From Nitrososphaerota archaeon (GTDB taxonomy: Archaea; Thermoproteota; Nitrososphaeria; Nitrososphaerales; Gagatemarchaeaceae), in contig PLCG01000110.1 of the NCBI GenBank assembly GCA_003135575.1, positions 1 through 49,949 on the forward strand: a stretch of 49,949 bases of DNA, given 5' to 3'. Made by a program: the position numbers and the translations under genes. The notes beneath the pieces were generated by a model. It ran no database searches and was not told where the DNA came from. It was given only the letters and a program-made list of their open reading frames with translations. Positions within the stretch are counted from its first letter, which is position 1. Each line of letters starts with the position of its first letter. This document shows, one piece after another, positions 25,868 through 34,338 of the stretch.

Positions 25868-27769
25868 GTGCACCTCGAGGACATATTCCCCTATCCAGAC
25901 TTCCGCCCGGGGCAGAAGGAGCTGGCCAACGCGGTCTACTCAGCCTGCAAGAACGGGAACACCTTCGTCGCCGAAGCGATGAGCGGATTCGGGAAGACCG
26001 CCGCGGTCCTCGCCGGGAGCATGTCGGCTGCCGCCGAGGACGGCCTCGACATCATCTACGCCTGCCGCACCAAAAGACAGGTCTTCAGGGTGCTCGAAGA
26101 ACTCGGTCGTTTCTCCGAGCGCTTCCCCGTGCGGGCCACGAGCCTCTTCTCCAAGTTCGACTACTGCCTTCTGAGGCAGAAGAGCTTCGGGATAACGCCT
26201 GAGACCTTCAAATGGTATTGCAGCTTCCAGACGTCAAACAACCTCTGCAGCTACTTCTTGAACGTCGCATTCAACCACGACAAGATCGCCAAGCTCGTCG
26301 ACGACCAGACCGGCAACTCGAGGCCTATCTCAGAGCTACTCAGGAAGGGGACAGAACTTCACGTCTGTCCGTACGAGGTCGCGCGGCTGTCTTTGGCGCG
26401 CTCGAAAGTCGTGGTGACGACCTATCATTACCTGCTTGACAAGAACTCTCGACAAATCCTCATTCCAGGGGACAAGGCCCTCGGCAAGATAGTCGCTGTC
26501 GTCGACGAGGCTCATAAAGTCAGGGACTTCGTCTCTGGAAATTCGACGACCACGCTACCGTTCTCCGAAATCAAAAGCTGCATCGAGGATGCACGAAACC
26601 TCTACCTGCCGCGCATCTGTTCCGCGATCTCGGAGCTCAACGACAGACTGGTGCAATTCTGCTCCAAGAACGACCACTGGCTGATCAAGAAGGAAGCTTT
26701 CCTGAACGCGATAACCGGCAACTACCCCAAGGACTGGCTGTCTGACTTGGTCTTCGAGTTGTCGACGAACTCGGGAGTCGCATGGTATTCCGTGGCGACA
26801 AACAGGAACCTGCCCGGCTCGATCATCAACCTCGGAAGTTTCCTGAGCGCTCTGCTCTCCTCCCTCGATTCCGACGACATGGCGCTGGTGAAATCCGACA
26901 GCGCCCTCTTCCTGACTGACACCCGGCCTTCGAGGAGGTTCTTGGAAGCTACCACTGGCTTCAGGAGCCTCGTCCTACTCTCGGCAACGATCAACCCATC
27001 GAGCCTCTTCCTGCGCTCAATCGGCCTCGACGGGTCCTCGACCATCGTGCACAGCGCGACCACGGACTACAAGTTTAGGGTAAGGACGGTCATTGATTGC
27101 AGCGTCACGACGAGGTTCAAGATGCGGACTCCCGAGATGTATTCGAAGATCGCGCGCAAAATCGCCTCCGTCTGCAGCTCCACCCCCGGAGCGATAGGCG
27201 TCTTCTTCCCGTCATATTCTCTCTTGGAGGCGGTAAGGGGCCCGGTGGTCTCGGAGATTGAACGTGCCACGCCCGCCAAGGCACGAACCATCCTCGTAGA
27301 GAGGCCGGGTCTCACGAACCAAGACTCTGAGGACATGATGACCGCGTTCAAGTCGAACCACGGGTCCCTTCTCCTGGCAGTCCAAGGCGGGAGGTTCTCA
27401 GAAGGCGAAGACTTCCCCGGCGACGGCATGGACGTCTCCATGGTGGTGGGGCTGTCCCTTCCCCCTCCGTCGCCGAAGATGTACGCAGAATACAGGCAAT
27501 TGGAAGCCAACCACTTCGACAAGCACCAGGCGTATATGGTCCTGTCCCTCCTCCCGGCCCTCAGGAAGGCGTTTCAGTGCGCCGGAAGACACGTGCGGAA
27601 TCCCGGAAAGGTCGGGATGGTTTTCTTTTTGGATTCGCGGTTCGCTGCGCAAGGGATAATCGAATTGATGCCCTCGTGGCTCAGAGACGACTTGGTCAAG
27701 GGCGAGTATGACATAGATACCATCGGCTCAATCACGAGGGAGTTCTTCTTGGCAGCGCGGGTTCAATGA
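25868..27769 (+). CDS. XPD/Rad3/DinG-family Fe-S DNA helicase
   Basis: FPYPDFRPGQ Q-motif, SGFGKT, four Cys including CPYE, DEAH, SAT, SEGEDF and QCAGRHVR. Confidence 0.92.
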   Translation: MHLEDIFPYPDFRPGQKELANAVYSACKNGNTFVAEAMSGFGKTAAVLAGSMSAAAEDGLDIIYACRTKRQVFRVLEELGRFSERFPVRATSLFSKFDYCLLRQKSFGITPETFKWYCSFQTSNNLCSYFLNVAFNHDKIAKLVDDQTGNSRPISELLRKGTELHVCPYEVARLSLARSKVVVTTYHYLLDKNSRQILIPGDKALGKIVAVVDEAHKVRDFVSGNSTTTLPFSEIKSCIEDARNLYLPRICSAISELNDRLVQFCSKNDHWLIKKEAFLNAITGNYPKDWLSDLVFELSTNSGVAWYSVATNRNLPGSIINLGSFLSALLSSLDSDDMALVKSDSALFLTDTRPSRRFLEATTGFRSLVLLSATINPSSLFLRSIGLDGSSTIVHSATTDYKFRVRTVIDCSVTTRFKMRTPEMYSKIARKIASVCSSTPGAIGVFFPSYSLLEAVRGPVVSEIERATPAKARTILVERPGLTNQDSEDMMTAFKSNHGSLLLAVQGGRFSEGEDFPGDGMDVSMVVGLSLPPPSPKMYAEYRQLEANHFDKHQAYMVLSLLPALRKAFQCAGRHVRNPGKVGMVFFLDSRFAAQGIIELMPSWLRDDLVKGEYDIDTIGSITREFFLAARVQ

Positions 27770-28367
27770 ACTGGACCCCCTTTCGGAAGGCGATTCTGCC
27801 TGCTGCGCGCTCATCCCTTGTGGCGCCGATGGTCCCGCGCTTACCCGCAGACGTCCCGGACTCGTCCACAATCTCAATCGAGTCTGACGGCTGAAGTCGT
27901 TCGCGCAACAACCGAGCCAGTCTCAGCGAAGAATTGGGATGGCCGCTCCCAATCTTGATGGAGAGCGACGAGTGAGGCACATCATTCACTACCATGACCA
28001 ACAAGTCGACCACCTCGTCTGCGAGATTCGCGGTCAGGGCGCCCAGCTCCCTTCCGCCGTAGAACATCACCACACCTATCCTCGACCCGGGGTCAATCCC
28101 GATCAGAAGATTTCTCCTCGACGAGTCGAGGAGGCGAGAAAGCAGCTGGCCTTCCATTATCAACGGATCTTTGTTGAGGTCCTCGATTGCCACCACCCTC
28201 CCTCCGAACACGGGCACCTCGCTCTTGCCGGTGAGGACCAAGTCGTGGGCCGAGTCGACCACCTGCCCAGGCGAGAGGCTGGAGAACCGAAGATGCGTCC
28301 TCTTGAGTCGAGAGACGATGTCATAGTAAGTGTTGGCATCGTCCGTGACGACCTTAATAATCCTCAT
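27732..28367 (-). CDS. YqgF/RNase H-like fold protein
   Basis: IGIDPGSRIGV, IVDESGTS and DERAAGRIA resemble YqgF/RuvX motifs; start placed at ATG 28367. Confidence 0.7.
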   Translation of the reverse strand: MRIIKVVTDDANTYYDIVSRLKRTHLRFSSLSPGQVVDSAHDLVLTGKSEVPVFGGRVVAIEDLNKDPLIMEGQLLSRLLDSSRRNLLIGIDPGSRIGVVMFYGGRELGALTANLADEVVDLLVMVVNDVPHSSLSIKIGSGHPNSSLRLARLLRERLQPSDSIEIVDESGTSAGKRGTIGATRDERAAGRIAFRKGVQFIEPALPRRTPS

Positions 28368-28403
28368 GGCATGTTCGTCGGACAGAAAAGGCAAAACGAG
28401 CTT

Positions 28404-28991
28404 ATGAGCATTCCCACGAAGGAACAGGCGGGCAGATTCCTCGCCCCGCTCAGGGGGAACCTCACAATCATCCTGCTCCACGACATCCAAGCGAAGATCA
28501 GGCTGAGCCGCTTCCTGCTGAGATGCGCTAGCCAAGAGTCCAAAGACACCACCGTCCTCGACGCCGACGCCTTCTACTGCACCAACATCGACCACCTTGC
28601 CGAGGAAGCCCAGTCCATCGCTAGGGCAGAGCTGCTCCTGTTGCCAGAACAGGACTTCGAGGTGAGTTCCCTGCTCCCACTGGTCTCCTCGAGCAGAGAG
28701 CTGATCATAATCGACGACCTAAACTCCCTCTACTCCCTGGCTTCAGACGGCCGCAAGGCACACCAGTTGGTCATCCTGATGAGGCTCCTCTCCCGCAATG
28801 CGGGCGTCAATGGATCTTGGGTAATCGCGACTGCCTACAGGACTGACCTGGGCGCCAAGCAGGGCGTGGAGAACCAACGGTCTTTGACGGCTCTGGGCGA
28901 CCTACTGGTAGACACCGAACTTCGGGGCGGCTGGCTTAAGCTCAAAGCTGGATTCAAGGGCCGGTGGCCCAGCGACGAGCTCGACGCCTGA
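28404..28991 (+). CDS. RecA/RadB-fold protein with degenerate Walker A
   Basis: VLDAD strand and LIIIDDLNSLY Walker B-like motif; the P-loop position reads LHDIQAKI; start placed at ATG 28404. Confidence 0.55.
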   Translation: MSIPTKEQAGRFLAPLRGNLTIILLHDIQAKIRLSRFLLRCASQESKDTTVLDADAFYCTNIDHLAEEAQSIARAELLLLPEQDFEVSSLLPLVSSSRELIIIDDLNSLYSLASDGRKAHQLVILMRLLSRNAGVNGSWVIATAYRTDLGAKQGVENQRSLTALGDLLVDTELRGGWLKLKAGFKGRWPSDELDA

Positions 28992-28998
28992 AGGAAGC

Positions 28999-29367
28999 CT
29001 ACTTCTGCAAGTAGACGTAGAGCTCGATGTAGATTGCGCCCGCAATCAGCAGGAGCCCCAGAATCAGGAAGAAGCCGACGAGCCTTGGCTTCACGGTCTG
29101 CCTCCCGCTGAGGTACGAGAAGTAGAGCCCACCAAACCCCATCGTCAGGGCCATCGCGTTGATGACCGTCTCCGGGATTGACTGCGCATCCCTTCCCGGA
29201 TAGATGATGTATGACTGGCTCACAGGGCTCGCCAACGCGCTGACAATCCCCGCAGACATCACGATGATTCCCGCGATGTAGACGACCTCAATCGACCGGT
29301 TCCTGATAAGGGTCGAGATGCCGCTCCGCTCCACGCCCTTGCCGAGCCTCTCCCTCGCCACAGACAT
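28999..29367 (-). CDS. Small three-TM membrane protein (OST3/OST6/DC2-like C-terminus)
   Basis: Three hydrophobic segments with the loop YIIYPGRDAQSIPET; the ORF is open to 29394. Confidence 0.6.
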   Translation of the reverse strand: MSVARERLGKGVERSGISTLIRNRSIEVVYIAGIIVMSAGIVSALASPVSQSYIIYPGRDAQSIPETVINAMALTMGFGGLYFSYLSGRQTVKPRLVGFFLILGLLLIAGAIYIELYVYLQK

Positions 29368-29476
29368 CCGAGACTCCAGCCATTGTCTAATCAAATCTGA
29401 CTCCTTTCTCTTACCCGCCGGCCAACATTTTCTGTGCCCTTAACTCTTTTCAAACGCTCCATTCTTGACCCATTTC

Positions 29477-31642
29477 TTACCGTGATGCAGTAGCCTTCCC
29501 GCCCCTTTTTTGCAATTTTTGCATAGAGTAGACGTTCACCTTGCGCGGACAGCGGTCGTTCACGCAAAGCTTCCAAGGGTACCTTCCAAGCCTCACGTAG
29601 ACCACCGGCCAGCCGCAGCTGCCACAGGGCTTTGACGTGGTCTTGATGGCCCCCCGCTGAGGAAGCGGCGCTGAAGCCCTGCATCCCTTTGGGTAGTTCG
29701 TGCAACCCACGAACCTCTTTCCAGACTTGTAGGAACGGATGACCCTCAGCTTCCCCTCTTTGCAGACCGGACAAGGTCCCAGAATGGTCTTCGCAAGCGC
29801 TTTCTCGGACACCGAGCCGCGCATACTGCCGGCAATCTCGCCCTCGTGCAGCCTTACCTCGCCGACTTGTGCCAAGAGCGTCGAGAGGGTCTCCTCGAAA
29901 AAATCGGCGCCGCCCGAACCGCCCGACCCCTCGATTCCTTCCAGCTGGGCCTCTATGTCGCGGGTCAGGCTGGTGGAGACTATCTGGGGGCAGTGGTCGC
30001 GCATTACCTCGACCAGCGAGAACCCAAGTTCGGTCGGGACCAACGCGTCACCGACGACGTACCCCCTTTCCATCAACGTGGAGATTATGTCGGCGCGGGT
30101 CGCCTTGGTCCCTATCCCCTCCCGCTCCATCTTCTCGAGGAGGGTCGCCTGGTTATACCGCGCAGGATGCACCCTCAGATGCTCCTCAAGCGTGATTGCC
30201 TCCACAAGCACGGAATCGCCTTGCCGAAGTGTAGGCATAATGCCCGAGGCAGTATCGGCCGACCGCACCCCTACCCCGAACTTGGTCCAGCCAGGGACCA
30301 GTACCCGCGTCTCTTCAACCCAGAACTCATGCGCCCCGATCGAGATCTCTGCCGAACTGACCTCGCGAACCACGTCCTCGCCGAAGCACGCAAGGAAGCG
30401 CCTCACGACAAGATCGAACACCTTCCTCTCCTCTACTGTGAGAGGCCTCCTCGCGGACTCTCCCGTCGGATAGATCGCCGGATGGGCTGGGTCCGTCTTC
30501 TCCCCCTCGGTCGGATGAAGGGCGCCTTTCGAAAGGACCTCTCCCACCAGACCCGAATACCCTGGAACAGCCGCTATCTTCGAGAGGAGCCGCCCATAGT
30601 CGATCCTGGGAAGCTTCTGGCTCCCTGTCCGAGGGTACGAAATCATCGCACCGAGGTACAACTTCTCTGCGATCTGCAGGCTCTTGCGCGGCGCGTAGCC
30701 AAAGAGCCTGAAGGCCTCCTTCTGAAGGTCTGCCAGGCTGAAAGGGGGCGGAGGCCTCTGGCTGACAGTCCTCCGTGCGACCTTGGAGACGACGCCCTCG
30801 CGCCCCTCGCACGCGCGCATGACCTCCTCTGCAGATTGCTTGGAAGGCACAACCGGGAACGAGGAGTACTCGGCTTGGAAGGCGTCATGGCCCCTTCTGA
30901 AACTCCCGCGCACGGTCCAATAGGGGGTGGGGACGAACGTCCTGACATCTACCTCCTTTTCTACGATGAAGCTCAGCGTCGGCCCCTGCACCCTACCGAT
31001 GCTGACGGTCCGGAAGCTGTAGCCCGTCCTCAGAGACTCCGAGAGAGCCCTGGAGAGGTTGATGCCCCAGACGAAGTCGATGGCATGCCTCAACCGTCCA
31101 GCCCTCGCCAGGCCCTCGCTCGGAGCCATGTTGTCGCCTTTGAAAGCCTCCACAATCTCTTCCCTGGTCAACGCGGAGAACCTCGCCCGGGATGCCGAAG
31201 CCTCCTTCCCGCCGCACGCATATCTCAAGACATTGTAGCCGATCGTCTCCCCCTCGATGTCGAAATCGCACGCGTTCACGAAATCGCTTGCTCCATCCGA
31301 GAGGCTGCGGATCGCCCGGATTCGGCTAGAAACGAACCTGCCTGCCCTGTCGCTAATTGCCTCCAGTGGGAACCATTCCAGGTCCAGCGCCGGATAGACC
31401 CTTCTGTCCTTCACCGTCTCTGATATCCCAAAGAGATGCCCCATCGCCGCGCAGACGACGTACCTCTTGCCCTCAGGGCCCTCGAGACGGAACGCAGTGA
31501 CCTCCCCGACCTTGAACGTCTCCGGCGCCCCGGTTGAGAGCGCCTCCGCGACCCTTCTAGCAGCGTCCGGCTTCTCGCAGATGACGAGCGTATAGCCGCC
31601 GGAGGCTTCACGCCTTCTTCCTGAAGCGCGACGGTCGCTCAT
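29477..31642 (-). CDS. topA: DNA topoisomerase IA
   Basis: TOPRIM motifs CEKP and DFDIEGE, SIGRVQGPTL, catalytic ISYPRT, HPAIYPT, GIGTKATR, C-terminal zinc ribbons. Confidence 0.95.
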   Translation of the reverse strand: MSDRRASGRRREASGGYTLVICEKPDAARRVAEALSTGAPETFKVGEVTAFRLEGPEGKRYVVCAAMGHLFGISETVKDRRVYPALDLEWFPLEAISDRAGRFVSSRIRAIRSLSDGASDFVNACDFDIEGETIGYNVLRYACGGKEASASRARFSALTREEIVEAFKGDNMAPSEGLARAGRLRHAIDFVWGINLSRALSESLRTGYSFRTVSIGRVQGPTLSFIVEKEVDVRTFVPTPYWTVRGSFRRGHDAFQAEYSSFPVVPSKQSAEEVMRACEGREGVVSKVARRTVSQRPPPPFSLADLQKEAFRLFGYAPRKSLQIAEKLYLGAMISYPRTGSQKLPRIDYGRLLSKIAAVPGYSGLVGEVLSKGALHPTEGEKTDPAHPAIYPTGESARRPLTVEERKVFDLVVRRFLACFGEDVVREVSSAEISIGAHEFWVEETRVLVPGWTKFGVGVRSADTASGIMPTLRQGDSVLVEAITLEEHLRVHPARYNQATLLEKMEREGIGTKATRADIISTLMERGYVVGDALVPTELGFSLVEVMRDHCPQIVSTSLTRDIEAQLEGIEGSGGSGGADFFEETLSTLLAQVGEVRLHEGEIAGSMRGSVSEKALAKTILGPCPVCKEGKLRVIRSYKSGKRFVGCTNYPKGCRASAPLPQRGAIKTTSKPCGSCGWPVVYVRLGRYPWKLCVNDRCPRKVNVYSMQKLQKRGGKATASR

Positions 31643-31680
31643 TGCAACCCTTTTAAGAGCAAAAGGCGACCTGACGACGC

Positions 31681-31857
31681 GTGACCTACGAGCTCGTCTG
31701 TTCTAAATGCGGCTACGCAATCTACTCCGGATTCGATCTGAGGTCCCCCAACGACATCCTGAAGCCTTACGGCTACAAGTGCAAAAAGTGCGGCACGAAG
31801 CTTACCCCAGAAACCTTCAAAGTCGAAGTCCTGAAACTCGAAGGCAGATTCACCTAG
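31681..31857 (+). CDS. Small zinc-ribbon protein (58 aa; below the ORF-track cutoff)
   Basis: MTYELVCSKCGYAIYSGFDLRSPNDILKPYGYKCKKCGTKL...; two CxxC pairs; TTTTAA box upstream. Confidence 0.8.
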   Translation: MTYELVCSKCGYAIYSGFDLRSPNDILKPYGYKCKKCGTKLTPETFKVEVLKLEGRFT

Positions 31858-32614
31858 CTCGATACCCGAGGCTGCGCATGTAGACGCACTGCTCAGGGTC
31901 CACCGCGAAGCTGGACATCCGATAAGTCTTGCCGGCGCTCGTTGTCAGCCCGCGGACCAGGACAATCGGGACCGATTCATTGGCCTCTCCCATTACGATT
32001 TGTGCGCCCGAACAAAGGTCGTCCGCCACGGCCTGGCTCGTCACCTTCAGGACGTTGCCGAACAAGTCAGGTCTGCCCCGCAGATCTACGATTGCCTCCA
32101 TGCCGGCCGCCGCAAGAGCGACGCCCACCGTCCCTTTCCTCGTGGGCATGAGCCTGCTGTCGGAGACCACCACGCCTATCTCTACGCCGCGGCGGAACCG
32201 CACTTCCTCGACGAGGGCCCTCGCGGACTCGAGGGGGCTGCGGGGGTAGAGCACGACCTTGCCGTGCTCGATGTTCGACTTGTCGATGCCCGCGTTCGGG
32301 GTCAAAAGCCCTTCCTTGAGTGTGAGCATGAACCCCGTGACCCCGCCTATCGTCTCGTCGGACTCCCTGATTACGAGCTCGCACAGCTCGGGGGATATGC
32401 TCATCCTCCTCGCCATAGAGGCTGCGTGATCGCTTGGGACGACCGTGCTCAGGTCGACCACACGGCCTTCTGAAACCGCGATGAACTTGCTCGAGACCAC
32501 GAGTATGTCCCCGTCCCTGAGCTCAGAGCCCAAGAGCTTGTCGACGAGCTCGCCGAGGCCGAAGGGAGCGGTCTTCCTCTGCGTCTTCACGGGCACGAAG
32601 GTGATCTCGGCCAA
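31850..32614 (-). CDS. cofE: Coenzyme F420-0:L-glutamate ligase
   Basis: DGDILVVSSK...SEGR, NAGIDKSN, SDSR, DLRGRPDLFG and MGEANE motifs; start placed at TTG 32614. Confidence 0.9.
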   Translation of the reverse strand: MAEITFVPVKTQRKTAPFGLGELVDKLLGSELRDGDILVVSSKFIAVSEGRVVDLSTVVPSDHAASMARRMSISPELCELVIRESDETIGGVTGFMLTLKEGLLTPNAGIDKSNIEHGKVVLYPRSPLESARALVEEVRFRRGVEIGVVVSDSRLMPTRKGTVGVALAAAGMEAIVDLRGRPDLFGNVLKVTSQAVADDLCSGAQIVMGEANESVPIVLVRGLTTSAGKTYRMSSFAVDPEQCVYMRSLGYRAR

Positions 32615-32667
32615 ATCAAACTCCTCATAAACAAGTTCGAGGGAACCTCCTATTATACGAAGCGCGC

Positions 32668-33789
32668 ATGGCGACGACCCGATCCTTGAAACACACGCCC
32701 CTGTATGACTTCCACCGAAAGCACGGGAAGATGGTGGAGTTCGCGGGATACGATATGCCCATCTGGTACACAAGCACCGTCGAAGAGCACATGACAGTGA
32801 GGAACAACGCGGGGATATTCGACGTCTCCCACATGGGCAGGGTCGAAGTGAGCGGCCCGGACTCTGGTAAATTCATAGAGAAGCTCTTCCCGACCGACAT
32901 CGGGAAGCAGCCTAACGGCAAGTCCGTCTACACGCTTCTCCTGAGAGAGGACGCGGGGATTATCGACGACCTCATCGTCTTGAAGAAGGATGAGAACAAT
33001 TACCTAGTGGTCATTAACGCGGCGAGCAGGCCAAAGGACCTCAGGCACATGGAGAAGACCGGCTCAGGCTTGAACTTCAAGATGGATGACGTGACCGAGG
33101 CCACCACGATGATCGCTGTGCAAGGCCCCTCCGCAATCGAAGCCCTCCAGCCCTTGACTCCGCTTCCTCTTGCGGGGACGAAGAGGTTCACGCACACCGA
33201 GTCGACCGTGAAGGGGATTCGAGCCGTCATCACCCGGACTGGATACACCGGCGAGGATGGCTTTGAAATCATCCTCTACGATGCGGCGTCGGGGGCCATG
33301 GCCGTGTGGGAAGCCCTGGCGAAGAGCGCAAAGCCGTGCGCACTGGGTGCGAGAGACTCGCTGAGGCTCGAGGCCGGTCTCCCCCTCTACGGCTCGGACA
33401 TGGACGAATCGACGAACCCGTTGGAGGCGGACCTCGGCTGGGTCATCTCGAAGGACAAGCGTTCCTACGTCGGACAGCCCGCACTGGCAGCGATAATGCA
33501 GAACGGCCCCGGAAAGGTCAGACGAGGGATAATCATGGAGGAAAGGATCCCTCGCCATGAGTTCAAGGTCACGGACCAATCCGGAGCGGAGATAGGCTCT
33601 GTTACGAGCGGGACGTTCTCTCCCATACTCAAGCGAGGCATCGCCATGGCGTATGTCAAGACGCCCGCCTCCAAGCTGGGCGAGTCGGTCAAGGTAGTCG
33701 TCAGAGACGCGCCGAGCGGCGGCAAGATCGTGAAGTTCCCCTTCTACGACGACTCGTTGTACGGATGGAAGAGAAAGCCCCACCAATAA
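32668..33789 (+). CDS. gcvT: Glycine cleavage system aminomethyltransferase T
   Basis: FDVSHMG, AVQGP, RTGYTGEDGFE and GARDSLRLEAG motifs. Confidence 0.96.
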   Translation: MATTRSLKHTPLYDFHRKHGKMVEFAGYDMPIWYTSTVEEHMTVRNNAGIFDVSHMGRVEVSGPDSGKFIEKLFPTDIGKQPNGKSVYTLLLREDAGIIDDLIVLKKDENNYLVVINAASRPKDLRHMEKTGSGLNFKMDDVTEATTMIAVQGPSAIEALQPLTPLPLAGTKRFTHTESTVKGIRAVITRTGYTGEDGFEIILYDAASGAMAVWEALAKSAKPCALGARDSLRLEAGLPLYGSDMDESTNPLEADLGWVISKDKRSYVGQPALAAIMQNGPGKVRRGIIMEERIPRHEFKVTDQSGAEIGSVTSGTFSPILKRGIAMAYVKTPASKLGESVKVVVRDAPSGGKIVKFPFYDDSLYGWKRKPHQ

Positions 33790-33822
33790 TAGTAAATAGA
33801 ATGCTCTCAAGACCCCGCGTGT

Positions 33823-34242
33823 TTGAGCAATCCCTCGGCTTACAAGGTTCTTGACGGTCTGTTTTACACGAAGGAACACGAATGGGCTCGAGTGGAAGGC
33901 GGCACGGTGAAGGTGGGGATCACCGACTACGCGGCGAAGACCTTGAACGACATCGTCTACCTGACGCTTCCTTCGGCAGGTCAAGATGTGAAGCAACTCG
34001 GCACGTTCGGGACCGTCGAGTCGATCAAGGCCGTCTCCGAGCTGTACTCGCCGCTCTCCGGGACAGTGACGAGCACTAACCAGGAGCTCGTGAACCACCC
34101 TGAGCTGATTAACAAGTCGCCCTATGAAGCCGGGTGGATAATCGAGCTAAGGCCCTCCAAGCTGGAAGAAGAGAAGATGGCCCTCCTCTCGCCGAAGCAG
34201 TACGAAGAGTTCCTGAGCTCGCTAGAGGAAGAGCACCACTAG
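33823..34242 (+). CDS. gcvH: Glycine cleavage system H protein
   Basis: HEWAR, GITDYA, VESIKAVSELYSP (lipoyl Lys) and NKSPYEAGW motifs. Confidence 0.95.
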   Translation: MSNPSAYKVLDGLFYTKEHEWARVEGGTVKVGITDYAAKTLNDIVYLTLPSAGQDVKQLGTFGTVESIKAVSELYSPLSGTVTSTNQELVNHPELINKSPYEAGWIIELRPSKLEEEKMALLSPKQYEEFLSSLEEEHH

Positions 34243-34338
34243 AATCGAATGGCGAGAAAATCTCGCCCTCCTATGCCAGCAACCCGGCGACCACATTCGA
34301 AAAACTCTTAAATGGTCTGAGAACGCTGTCGAGCAAGT

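Noticed and set aside
27939..28595. Apparent long head-to-head overlap of two ORFs
   Set aside because: Internal ATGs at 28367 (-) and 28404 (+) resolve them into non-overlapping divergent genes.
29846..31423. 525-aa plus-strand ORF
   Set aside because: Antisense shadow of topA in high-GC DNA, with no recognisable motifs. The same applies to 33064-34098 and the many other nested ORFs.
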